Positions 1-13,623 of a stretch of DNA of 64,000 bases are shown piece after piece. Below the pieces are notes generated by a model that saw nothing but the letters and a program-made list of their open reading frames with translations, searched no databases and was not told the origin of the DNA. The translations under genes were made by a program, and so were the position numbers. How positions within the stretch are numbered: position 1 is the stretch's first letter; the number at the start of each line of letters is the position of its first letter. This DNA comes from Eledone cirrhosa (Eukaryota): positions 290,842,001 to 290,906,000 of the forward strand of contig OZ024741.1 of assembly GCA_964016885.1 (NCBI GenBank), written 5' to 3'.

Positions 1-1
1 T

Positions 2-42
<41 letters not shown>

Positions 43-335
43 AAACTCTATCATCACTGCTATTGCTACTACCTTCACTGCATGCATTAACACCACGACC
101 ACCCCGATGATCACGATAACCAGCAATACTACCACAACACTTAGTGTTTACCACCACCGTTACCACTACACTCAGCATGAAAATCTATTATTTCAATTTC
201 ATCATCAATCGTCGACAGAAGCCACTGCTCAACAAGTAATATCTCACTCTTTACAAGACATCATACACACACGCCCACTCATACACACATGTATATGTGT
301 TTATATATATGTGTGTGTGTATACATAAATGGACA

Positions 336-402
<67 letters not shown>

Positions 403-549
403 TATAAAGCTGACGGCCGTATGTAGGTAACAGACTTTCAGCCAAACGGCTGGACCAAATAGCACCAAATTTGCATAGATGTAACTTTTTCCAAGTAAAA
501 AAGTGACGGTATTTTTATCTAGTGAATTTTGTTAAAAGATTCAAGACAC

Positions 550-727
550 AGTATTGGTAGAGGGTCGGACGCCATGCTTTGACACATAGAGTTATGGCCC
601 TTGCCATTCTGAGTTCAAATCCCAACGAGGTTAACTTTGCCTTTCATCCTTACGGGGTCGATAAAAATAAAGTACCAGTGATACACTGCGTAATTTGCTG
701 GCCTTGTGCCAAAAGTAGAAACAATTA
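550..727 (+). mobile_element. tRNA-derived SINE nested in Helitron A
   Basis: B-box-like GAGTTCAAATCCC, core GCCTTTCATCCTTACGGGGTCGATAAA and tail GGCCTTGTGCCAAAAGTAGAAACAATT. Absent from the sister Helitron copy. Confidence 0.85.
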
Positions 728-1042
728 TTTAAATATTCACTTCTTTAAAATTTAAAATGTCAACACTTCCGGTTATACGTCATTCCTCACTTGTTCTTAT
801 GACGTCGCACACCATTCCCCTCTTTTTCTTAGTCTGTATGTCTGACTGTCTTCATTAGATGACGTTTTTCGAAATATTTACTTCTGCGTTCTCAGACTGA
901 TTTTTTTAGTTTCAGAAGATCCTGTTAAGGGTGAAAGCAGCGATTCTTTGCTTAAACGTTAATCAGTTATTTTAATATAATTTTTGCATACACAAAAACA
1001 AAAACCTATTTATTTTACGAAAGCACAGCCAGCTTATCATCA

Positions 1043-1560
1043 TTGTTACTGTTCAAGGTTAGAGGACCACAGTCTTTCCAAGATCTGAGAACATCCATGG
1101 CCATCAATGTTCCACTTACCGTTTGGCTTGCCAGAAGTGTGGTATGTTACACGATGCCAGCCATTGGGACATCACCCTGCAAGAGGCAGCAACTGCTAAA
1201 GTCCCTTCTCAGCTGCGAAAACCTTCTTGCAATGTGGAACAGCCACCGCAAAATTCTAGCTGAGAACATCCTCCACTGCACACGCAGACATAATCCGAAT
1301 GTAACATACGATGTCGTTTTCAATGAGGCGCTCATTTGTCTTGAAAACGGTGTCCTGGAGATTGGTGGTAGGCCTCTAAGTCACTACAGCATACCTGCTT
1401 CTGACAGGAGTGTCCAGAGGTCAACGTCTACAGAGCTTCTCCGCGAAACGAGCTACGAAATTAGTGATTCTCCCCTGGTCAATTGTATGTAGGATGCTCT
1501 GGGGTTAGCTCGCCAAACAATCACTTCAACTTTGCTCCGGAGGGCCGAACAAAAATATTG
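1043..1560 (+). pseudogene. Helitron Rep/helicase fragment, frameshifted
   Basis: ORF 1043-1492 begins LLFKVRGPQSFQDLRT and later has MWNSHRKILAENILH and LEIGGRPLSHYSIP, resembling the Helitron RepHel LLL.VRGPTSF.DLRT region. Confidence 0.75.
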
Positions 1561-1889
1561 TAATCTCTGAGGCTCTAACAATGTAATTTAAATATTTTCT
1601 GTTACTTGGAACTTCCATTGTGGTTGTACAAATTATTATTTGTTAAAAAAGTTGTTCTCTGTTCAGCCTTTATTGTTGTAACTATCAATTTTCTTTAACG
1701 TACTGGCTGCTGAGCTGGGGAATCCTAAAAACTATTCAAACCCAACATCAGAGCACGTTAACCCCCCCCCCCCCCTGCCCCTAGCAGACTTGAGAGGGCG
1801 TGCGGTATCTTTGCACTATAGTGTAGAGGGATTACTGAAAAGATAAAATGCCGGTATACCTAGACGGGCGCCAGCCGGACGGGTCAGTA

Positions 1890-1932
<43 letters not shown>

Positions 1933-2453
1933 CTACCAGAATGGCCCGGCGTCGTTGCTCGGGCTTCTAAACATAGATTGGCATGTTTATCCCTTCTTTC
2001 TGAAACAGTACAGAGAAGTAGGGAATACCTCGGCCTGGGGATGGTGTCTACATATTGTGCTTATCAAATACAATCGTCGTACATTACCAGGGGTTTAACG
2101 TTATTGGGTGCCTGAGAGTAAAATGTCCAACCCATCGAAAGCCAAGACGATAGGGTTAAGTAAAAAGGTATTCGACAAAACCGAACATGGATTTGTTGTT
2201 AGACCGAACTTTTATGTCTCTCTTGAACATTGTAGACAAAATTGCCGTACTAACAGACATAAATGGCTTAAAGTTTTAATGAAAAAACGCCCTTAACAAC
2301 AGAACATTGAAAGATAAAAGCTGCAGTTAATATCTTTAGACCGCAAGGAATATATAAATGCAAGTTTGAAGTCAATCGGAGTAGAAATGTGGATTTGTAT
2401 AGACTTTGCCAAAATAAGGACATGCACACACACACACACATACAACTTCAGTT

Positions 2454-2458
<5 letters not shown>
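1933..2458 (-). mobile_element. Non-autonomous Helitron-like element
   Basis: Minus-strand 3' hairpin (CCCGAGCAACGACGCCGGG) and degenerate CTAG. Its first ~70 bp match 10812-10885. Flanked by (AT)n. Confidence 0.65.
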
Positions 2459-2536
<78 letters not shown>

Positions 2537-2766
2537 GTAGGATAGAACCAGTTGTAAACTACAGACTATTACAGAGTAAATGATATGTGGGATAGTGGAG
2601 TATGGGTATATTATAAAGAGTCGAGGCCCGAACGCTGAGCCCCTGCCGTTCCAAGAACAAGCTGTTGAAAAGCTCAGCCATCAGCACCACACCCCAATCA
2701 TTCAGCCTGTAATTATTTATGCTAAACGCGTCCTATTGACTGAGTGATCTTACCAAACTTCTACTA

Positions 2767-2825
<59 letters not shown>

Positions 2826-3058
2826 GTAAGTATGTATGTATACGTACATACATATATGTATACAGACGTACAGTAGCATGTATATATATATATATATATA
2901 CATACATGCAGGTACACATACATATATGCACGCATCAGTTTAGCAGACGCTTATTATAGCGCTTGCTTTGTTCGTTTGTCAACAAACTGAACAGCCTGAA
3001 TTTATGCCATACGGTGTTAAGGCAACCACGTCACCTTTTTGTTCAACACTGACACAGG

Positions 3059-3103
3059 AACGATGTACTAGTTTCAAGCTTGTTAGCTATCATCAGCACC
3101 GTT
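3059..3103 (-). ncRNA. Type I hammerhead ribozyme (inverted copy)
   Basis: Reverse complement of 3513-3557. Confidence 0.85.
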
Positions 3104-3512
3104 TACCCATCTGCCAGATAGTTGAACGTTCGAAAGTATATACTTTCCTTATGAAAATTAACGGCTGTTGACAAACGAACAAAGCAAGCGCTATAATAAG
3201 CGTCTGCTAAACTGATGCGTGCATATATGTATGTGTACCTGCATGTATGTATATATATATATATATATACATGCTACTGTACGTCTGTATACATATATGT
3301 ATGTACGTATACATACATACTTACATTTAAGTAAGTGCCATACTAAGAGTGAGAAATGAAATTTCGTTTTTCGTTTTCATTTTTTTCAACTTATCGTTTT
3401 CGGTATGCCTGACCGATTTAACTCACTCAATATGCAAATTAGGCTGCTCAGCCGTTAATTTTCATAAGGAAAGTATATACTTTCGAACGTTCAACTATCT
3501 GGCAGATGGGTA

Positions 3513-3557
3513 AACGGTGCTGATGATAGCTAACAAGCTTGAAACTAGTACATCGTT
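3513..3557 (+). ncRNA. Type I minimal hammerhead ribozyme
   Basis: AACGGTG-CTGATGA-T AGCT aaca AGCT T-GAAAC ta GTA-CATCGTT. Stem I has 7 bp and stem III is the palindrome ACTAGT. Confidence 0.88.
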
Positions 3558-3853
3558 CCTGTGTCAGTGTTGAACAAAAAGGTGACGTGGTTGCCTTAAC
3601 ACCGTATGGCATAAATTCAGGCTGTTCAGTTTGTTGACAAACGAACAAAGCAAGCGCTATAATAAGCGTCTACTAAACTGATGCGTGCATATATGTATGT
3701 GTACCTGCATGTATGTATATATATATATATATACATGCTACTGTACGTCTGTATACATATATGTATGTACGTATACATACATACTTACATTTAAGTAAGT
3801 GCCATACTAAGAGTGAGAAATGAAATTTCGTTTTTCGTTTTCATTTTTTTCAA

Positions 3854-3930
<77 letters not shown>

Positions 3931-3933
<3 letters not shown>

Positions 3934-4396
3934 CCTCTTATAACCCTGAGAAAAATACCACGGAGGCGGAAGGGGTATCTATATCAAGGCCGTATAAGAG
4001 GTGGTTAAGGAGGCAAGAAGTATGTGTAATTTTAGCTTTCTAGCCGTCACTACACTTCAAAGGTTACTCGACCAAAGGGAGTTATAAACAATATATAGAG
4101 AAAAACACAGATACATGCGGACACACAATATGCCACGAAACTACGTAGTCGGGGACTAAAGAGGCAGTTGAGTATGATATATCTTATTACTAATTATATC
4201 TAATGTTTTTTCTCTCTTCATAATGTATTATATAGCTCTGATACTGAATCAATCTAATCCATTCGGATTGGTTTGTCCCAGTTATTCATAGAGCAACATC
4301 GGTTGAGGTTGGTACCAATAACTCAAGGATATATGTGGATATATTCATGTATATGTATGTGTCCGCATGTATCTGTGTGTTTCTCTATATATTGTA
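3931..4396. mobile_element. pLTR-like element with an inverted end and a hammerhead 3'-half remnant
   Basis: 4088-4126 is inverted at 4357-4395. GAAACTACGTAGTCGGGGACT (~4137-4157) resembles the 3' half of the 13536 HHR. Confidence 0.5.
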
Positions 4397-4432
4397 TATA
4401 TATATATATATATATATAAATATATATATATA

Positions 4433-4560
4433 CAGTGGCGGACTGGGTATAAAAATATTGGTTGCCAGGAGATGAAGGGGGCCCACCTACATATAGAATG
4501 CCCTCATTTAATTTTTATAATGAATAAATAGCATTTTCGAAAAATACATAAGCGGAAACA
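4433..4560 (+). mobile_element. Possible DNA transposon terminus (hAT-like CAGTGGCGGA)
   Basis: CAGTGGCGGACTGGG...GGGGGCCC right after (TA)n. No partner TIR seen. Confidence 0.3.
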
Positions 4561-5322
4561 AAACAGTGCAATCAAATTTTAGCGGAAAAATAGCTTACCT
4601 TCTCCAATAAAAAAAAAATGTATTTTGCGAAATCCAGAGACTTTTAATAATGACCAGAAGTCGACCCTAGATATCACTAATAGCTCTAGGAAAGCCATGC
4701 ATGACACCATCTTTTTAACTTTGATTTTGAAAGTAGGTTTATAATTATCAATTTTCATTATAATTTTGTAGCCGTCTCGGTGGCCTCGTTGGAGAATCAT
4801 AGACCGTGGTGATCCTGGTTTGACGTTCGATCCTGGGCGGGATTAGGGTTCCCAGTAAACTTTTTCAGTTTTTTTCTATGGGTTGTAAAATAAAAACTGA
4901 AAAAGATTACATGTACCTTTTGTCCAGGATTGACCCCAAGGTCTAGAACTCTACCGTCTCTAGTACCTACCGCTAGGCCACCGACAATTACGAAAATTAT
5001 AAACCTACTTTCAAAATTTTCAAGGCAAAGTGTTGTGGTGTCGTTCATGTCTTTCTTAATGTTATTGCTCCTACTTAAGGTCGGCTTCTAAATCATTTGG
5101 GTGTTGCATAAACTACATCTTCATTTTGTTTCTCATCTATCTAGACTTCATTTTAACCTGTAATTCATGTTTCTTCTCTGTTCCACCTTAATTATCCCCA
5201 CCCCTCTCTCTCTTTCTTTCTCTCTCTCTCATTCCCTCTGGGATATTTGAATCTACTATGATTTGGGCTTACCTTATTCCTATATATATGTTTTTGCATG
5301 TCAGTTAGATCAAACTTATCGC

Positions 5323-6462
<1,140 letters not shown>

Positions 6463-6471
6463 TATATATAC

Positions 6472-6615
<144 letters not shown>

Positions 6616-6751
6616 TATGTGTTTGTTGTTTACCGGCACCTCAATATGCAGGTTGGAGCATTCTACGAAGTATGCAGTTTGGTTTGTTTACTCCGGAGTA
6701 ATGTAAAATAAGTCAAACATGTTAAATTTGGCTTCGTTTATTATAAATTCT

Positions 6752-6804
6752 CTGCTATATATATTTCAGTGACAGCTATTATTGGCTGTGGCCTCATCAG
6801 GCAG
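6752..6804 (-). ncRNA. Type I minimal hammerhead ribozyme
   Basis: rc: CTGC-CTGATGA-ggccACAGC..GCTGTcact-GAAAT atat ATA-GCAG. Distal GAATT/AATTC pairing extends stem I. Confidence 0.75.
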
Positions 6805-8580
6805 TACGAATTAATGTAGAAAAAACAGGGAAACAGGTGTTGAAATCTGTTCCCCTCTGTCAATTCATCGATATCTCCAGCTTCTTGGTGTGTTGTTAGT
6901 CTTCCGAGGAACTAGAATCATATGGTTCCGGTGGGTTGGATGGTTGGTTCGATAACCGGATGGCTGCCTATATATTGTCAAAGCTCTTTCGTCACACATT
7001 CTCTCACTTCCTCTTTAGCACGATTAGAATCATCGATGGCAACTTATCTGACGAAATCCTAGTGCAAAAACTATATATCGCACCTTGTGATCTCATTGAA
7101 ATCATCTTTTCCAGAGTGAATTGAGTTCTAACAATATGATTAGCCCTACGATAATCGAATTTTGTCCTCTTCTCTGAAATTGCTAATTTTGAGTCTAATT
7201 AAGAAATCAGCATCATATATGCCCATCGCAAAGTAAACAAAGAAAAATCCCCCAAAATATTAATTATTTGTTAAGAATTATTAGTAATCACATTTCCGAT
7301 AGCTTAAAGCAAAATCTGGTTTTGTGAATGTTTTCCCACTAAGATAAAAATGTTTTTTAGAGATAATTGACCTGCTGGAAGTAGCAGCGAAATCATCTTA
7401 AACTCACTCCTTATTTCTATAATGAATGATACAGATAGTTCCTGATTCGAAGAAAGAATTGCTTTTCACGATGAATGAGATTCACTAATATGTCGATTCA
7501 GATGTAAATCTAACCTTGCTACTGTCATGAAACCATTGGTATCAAACTCAATAAATGTTGACACCATAGAATAATTATTTCTATTTCTCATAATATTTTT
7601 GTGTATGAATCTAACTATTAAGTTTTTAGACCATTGAAAACTCAAGGAGTAGAAATAAATTAGGTAAGTTTTATTGTATTCGGTTCAATATTCGTCATCG
7701 AAAATATAAAATGAAAACAGTATGTAAAAGCTTTACCTTTCACATTAATCCGCCCTCCATTGATGAATATATGCCAATGACGTATTTATTGTCACCTCAA
7801 CCCAAACCCTGCTAAGACGGCGAGGGCGAATTTGAAACCAACTCCTTTCTAAACTTTTACATTTATTATTATCAAAGAAATATATCTAAATAACATCTAA
7901 ATCTGAACATGTAGTTCACAAATGGTGAACTCACAAATTTTCTTTCACAGTGACCTGATTAACTAGGGCACATACTTTCAGACAATGTGAGATATTCCAC
8001 TTAGTAACAAAATCTCGGTGATAAAACTACTTCTGAAGAGAGATTTTATTTTTGACATGTTTTCTACCGAGATTTTTAACAAAAGAAATGAACATGAAAG
8101 ACAAAATGAAAAAAAAAAATAACAGCAAATAGAAAAACGCTATAATTAATAACAATTAACCCGAAGTATTTTATTGTCTAGAAAATAGACATAGCTTTCC
8201 CATTCCTAATAAGGAATATTGTAACTGGTTTTAAAACATCCTCAACGAATTTCACATAAGTCCTTTGGAGGGTAGAAGTGACTTTTTGATTTTACTCACA
8301 TTAGTCTATGTGCTAATTAATGTTTCTGAAAGATACCCTTTTTTCGTTCTTCTGCGGTGGATATAATTATGCACCAGTCATATCGTGGGATCACGAACTA
8401 TATCGTAAAAAAAAAAAAAAAAAAATTGAAATTAAACAGTCAAGTTCGCACTATATACACATGAGCAAATCTAGCCAATATTTTCTATTTGCTATACGCA
8501 AAGGAACATTTCCAACAAATATCCCTCACGCAAAATTCAATATGGACTCTAGTCTATTCCCATGCCAGAAGGATTGAGTA

Positions 8581-8631
8581 AGTGTCACTGATGAAATATC
8601 AACAAATCTTGAAACAGCGCTGTCTCACATT
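8581..8631 (+). ncRNA. Type I hammerhead ribozyme, slightly degenerate
   Basis: AGTGTCA-CTGATGA-AATAT caacaa ATCTT-GAAAC agcgct GTC-TCACATT. One mismatch each in stems I and II. Follows a weakly PLE-like coding remnant at ~8490-8570. Confidence 0.7.
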
Positions 8632-8867
8632 CTTAACCGCACTGTGATTGATTCCCAAAGGAAAATAAAGAATAATATTTTTCGTTACAATAAAAAAAAA
8701 ACTTTGTTAACGTCAATACCCATATGTTTACTCTATAAAAACCTATAGTATATGTTTATATATGTTCTCATATACACACCTTTTATACTTAATCGCTGTC
8801 TTAGCGCTACTGCCAAAGTATATGTATGTATATATGCATACATATATATGTATATATATATATATAT

Positions 8868-8949
<82 letters not shown>

Positions 8950-9012
8950 ATATTATATATATATATATTATATATATATATATAATATATATATATATAA
9001 TATATATATATA

Positions 9013-9060
<48 letters not shown>

Positions 9061-9240
9061 TTATCCCGGGTTTAATCAGGGGTAACCACAGAAAGTAAGG
9101 TACTCAATACAAAGCAAGCAGAGTATGCGGCTAAAAAAAGTCGTTGGGACACGTAAATAAAGGAGACAGCGAGAGTGTAAACAAACAAAGATGGTGAAGC
9201 AATGAAAAGTGAGGAAGAACGAGTCAAGGCCCAAATTTCA

Positions 9241-9485
9241 TGAATATAAGTTCGGTGAAATCGTGAACGAGAGAGAATAAAGACCAGCAAACCTGGTTGG
9301 AATGTGAGCAAGGAAGGAATTCCGTACAGGTCTAACGGGAGGAAGAAGAAATCTAGTCTGTGAATTCGGTGAACATAAGTTCTGTGAAATCGTAGACGAG
9401 AGAGAGAGAAAAAAGGCGAACCAGCTTGACCACACGTGCGAAAGAAAAGAATTACGCACAGGTCAAACGGGAAGAAGGAGGAGGA
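9241..9485 (+). repeat. Diverged ~130-bp tandem duplication
   Basis: GAATATAAGTTCGGTGAAATCGT...CAGGTCTAACGGGAGGAAG versus GAACATAAGTTCTGTGAAATCGT...CAGGTCAAACGGGAAGAAG. Confidence 0.6.
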
Positions 9486-9561
9486 TAGAGGTAGTAACAG
9501 AGAGTGAGTGAGTGAAGGGTGAGGAAGAGGCTATGACTGTTAGAGAGGGTAAAGATACAGA

Positions 9562-9666
<105 letters not shown>

Positions 9667-9706
9667 CATATATTATTATTATGTAATAAACAACATAAGG
9701 CAATTA

Positions 9707-9766
9707 TTCCATTTACCAGTGGTTTCTTAAAAGCAAAAGGTTTTGCTTTCAATCCTCAGAATGAAA
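9707..9766 (-). ncRNA. Type I hammerhead ribozyme (inverted copy)
   Basis: Reverse complement of 9796-9855, within a ~100-bp inverted repeat. Confidence 0.85.
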
Positions 9767-9795
9767 AATCCATATTCAATAAACAAACCAAGATT

Positions 9796-9855
9796 TTTCA
9801 TTCTGAGGATTGAAAGCAAAACCTTTTGCTTTTAAGAAACCACTGGTAAATGGAA
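9796..9855 (+). ncRNA. Type I hammerhead ribozyme
   Basis: TTTCATT-CTGAGGA-TTGAAAGCAAA..TTTGCTTTTAA-GAAAC cactg GTA-AATGGAA. Confidence 0.88.
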
Positions 9856-10083
9856 TAATTGCCTTATGTTGTTTATTACATAATAATAATAATTAAGCTC
9901 TGTTGCATACATAGAGCACTCTTTTTTCCTGGACTTTTCCGATGGAATTACTTCATTCATACATATATATACATATATATAGGAAAATGTGTTAAATGTT
10001 GGTACAGTTAGGGATATTTGAAAAAAGGAAAAGAATGACGCCACTTGTAGTTCTAAACGATTTGATTTCATTTTATTATATTA

Positions 10084-10808
<725 letters not shown>

Positions 10809-10811
10809 TAA

Positions 10812-11616
10812 CTAGCAGAATGGCCCGGCGTTGCTCGGGATTCTAAACATAGATTGGCATGTTTATCCCCCCCTTTCTGAAACAGTTTCGTCGTATGTTC
10901 ACCAATTGATGCAGAAGTCCTAATAAAAAGTGAAGTCGCCTTGGATGAATAGGTAAATCATTTTCCATTAAAATTTTTCAAAAGCATGTAATTGCGTTCC
11001 CTCTCTTTTTTGTTGTTGTTTTTGCTGCTGTCGAGCCTCGTGAAATAAATACGTTTGTTTATATTTTGTTATTGTGTATGCAAAAATATCTGTACACGAA
11101 TATATAATTATATATATATATATATATATTAAAATAACAGATTAAAGTTTAAGCGAATAATCGCTGCTTTCACCCTTAACGGGATCTTCTGAAACTAAAA
11201 AAATCAATCTGTGAACGCAGAAGTAAATATTTCAAAAAAGTTACACACTATATATATATACACACTATATATACATATATACATACACACACACGCATAC
11301 ACACACACGCATACACACACACAGATAGCGACGTAATAATGCAGACAACCAGACAAACAGACATATATTATAAGGGTGCAACGTTATATCTATGTATCTA
11401 TCTAAAAAGTAAAACTAAGAATTATAGAGAAGGATCACTAAATCGCCAAATCCCGTCCCTAGGGCATTGAAAATTTGAAATATTATTTGCTCAAAACACT
11501 TACACGACCATAAGTATTAGATGTGTAAAGTTTGAAAACAATCGGTTGAGTGGTTGTTGAGTTTTAGGGAGTCAGACAGACAGACAGACAGACATTCTCT
11601 GTTTTAGATATATAGA
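10812..11616 (-). mobile_element. Non-autonomous Helitron (family B), copy 2, head-to-tail with copy 1
   Basis: Same termini (CCCGAGCAACGCCGGG hairpin, CTAG) with (ACAG)n near the 5' end. Confidence 0.78.
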
Positions 11617-11857
11617 TATTATGAGTTGGTAGATCTAGTAAGTTCTTTGTTAAGTCAGTGGGAAGATTTTTAAAGATTCCTGGTTAACTTCCTGGAGAAC
11701 TTTCTCACATTCGTTGGTGGCGATTGTCAAACTGAGATCAGATTGAGTTGAGATGTGTGACTATATATAAGAGAGATTTGGATATGTCTGGGGTGGGAGG
11801 GGTGCGGTGTTAATGACAGTGGGAGTGAAGGAGTGTTGATGAAGATTTAAAGGAATT

Positions 11858-11922
<65 letters not shown>

Positions 11923-12078
11923 TATATATATATATATATACACAGAAAATTGTGAATGGTGACAGCAAGATAATGGTTTGGAAGTGCTTTTGGATTTTTT
12001 GAAAGAGTGTTTAAGAAAGGGAGCCTGTAAAAGTGCCCTCCTGCTGGTTCCATTTCAATAAATGACCTTTGATGAATA

Positions 12079-12325
12079 TAATTGTTTCTACTTTTGGCAC
12101 AAGGCCAGCAATAACCAGTGCATTACTGGTACTTTATTTTATCGACTCCGTAAAGATGAAAGGCAAAGTTAACCTCGGCGGTATTTGAACTCTGAATAGC
12201 AAGGGCCGAATATAATTATTTCTACTTTTGGCACAAGGCCAGCCATTATCCTAGTACATTACTGGTACTTTATTTTATCGACCCCGTAAGGATGAAAGGC
12301 AAACTTAACCTCGAAGTGCCGAATA
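12079..12325 (-). mobile_element. Two tandem partial tRNA-SINE copies
   Basis: TTTCTACTTTTGGCACAAGGCCAGC...GATGAAAGGCAAA occurs twice. Confidence 0.8.
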
Positions 12326-12679
12326 TAATGGCAGGATGTTTTTCAAATTCGTTTCTTATAGTGAATCAACTCTCTTAAATTTATAAAGAATATCTTCAAC
12401 AATTTTCTATATTAAAGATGAATCTAGGTGTGTGTCTGGTGATGGTGATGGTGGTGGGGATCAATGAGGTGTAAGATGCATGTCTTTTGATAAGAATGAG
12501 ATGGCAGCGAAGAGAAGAATAAGGATAGTTTTGGAATATTTGTGAGAAATGTATGTTTTTGATATTGGTTTGGGAGGGGAAGTGTGTGTGGGTGGGTGAC
12601 ATGCTAGCTCACATATTCACTTCCCTATATGTAAATATACTTATAGCCCATCTCATCAGCACTACCATTTCCAAAGCCT

Positions 12680-12990
12680 AGAATATCCCAGTGACAACAA
12701 TGAGGAAACAAAGCAACAAAATAAAATGGAAAAAACAGTTATCCCTTTTGTCATCAGTCACAACCCCAGGAACTTCAACATTGTGAAAGCCGCTAAACAA
12801 TATCTCCCGATTCGCCAGCAGTCCCCCTAAAACGAATACACTCATAAAAGACGCACAAATAATATATAGTAGAAGCTAAGCACACAACCTAAGGAAACTG
12901 CTTGCCAAGGCAAAATTTACGTCTAATAATGAAGCAATGCATATTAAGAAATGCGGGCACTCTCCATGCCGAACTTGTGAACACATTTAA
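12680..12990 (+). pseudogene. Penelope-like (Neptune-type) RT-to-endonuclease linker fragment
   Basis: Manual translation: VIPFVISHNPRNFNIV...IIYSRS*AHNLRKLLAKAKF...IKKCGHSPCRTCEH, matching the Cys-rich linker of Neptune PLEs. Confidence 0.7.
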
Positions 12991-13316
12991 ATAACTGGAT
13001 TCTCCCCCTCTCTCTTTTCTTTAAAAAATCTCATATTGAAAAAAGAAAATATTCAAATAGAAGTTGGTGACACCAGCACTTTCAAACATTTTATCGTTGA
13101 GAAGAAAAAGCCTCAGAAGTACACTACCATTTCATTAATTCTCTCTCCCGCACCCCAATGTATATGTGAACTTAAATACTTGAGTATACGTGCATACATA
13201 TGTGTGTGTAGATGTGTTTATTTGTATGTATGTCCGTAGGTGTACAGGTATGTGTATACATGTATATATGTATGTATGCATGTATATATGAATATATGTG
13301 TATATATGTGCGTGTG

Positions 13317-13358
<42 letters not shown>

Positions 13359-13535
13359 GTATGTATATATATATAAATACATATAACATTATAAGTTTGA
13401 TGAACAGTCAAACAAAATATATCCAATTTTTCTCCTTAGTCCGTAGAAATTAACTAGACAAATAATTAATTAAACAGAGCTACCTCTAAAATGTAAGTTT
13501 GAAGAAAAAATGCATATAAACTTTACCAAAGTTCT

Positions 13536-13623
13536 AGTCCCGACTATCGATAGTTTCGCTCGTACTTTGTGGTTATGTCCAATCCTGGTATTATCCATGA
13601 GGCTTCGAGCTTTTCAAGAGACT
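13536..13623 (-). ncRNA. Type I hammerhead ribozyme, U3-A8 core variant
   Basis: rc: AGTCTC-TTGAAAA-GCTCG...CGAGC-GAAAC tatcgata GTC-GGGACT. Confidence 0.7.

Larger units (their letters stand above)
398..1890 (+). mobile_element. Non-autonomous Helitron (family A) carrying a RepHel fragment and a nested SINE
   Basis: Starts ..TACTATAAAGCTGACGGCCG out of (AT)n and ends in GC-rich GGGCGCCAGCCGGACGGGTCAGTAG followed by (TA)n. Colinear with the minus-strand copy at 56897-59044, which keeps the 5' TC. Confidence 0.8.
2825..3857. mobile_element. HHR-bearing PLE pLTR/retrozyme-like element: inverted segment plus ~1.5 direct 466-bp units
   Basis: 2825-3167 is the reverse complement of ~3448-3790, and 3166-3392 repeats at 3632-3857. 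(AT)n on both sides. Confidence 0.8.

Noticed and set aside
4780-4862. tRNA gene
   Set aside because: Only loose A/B-box similarity and no cloverleaf. At most a decayed SINE head.
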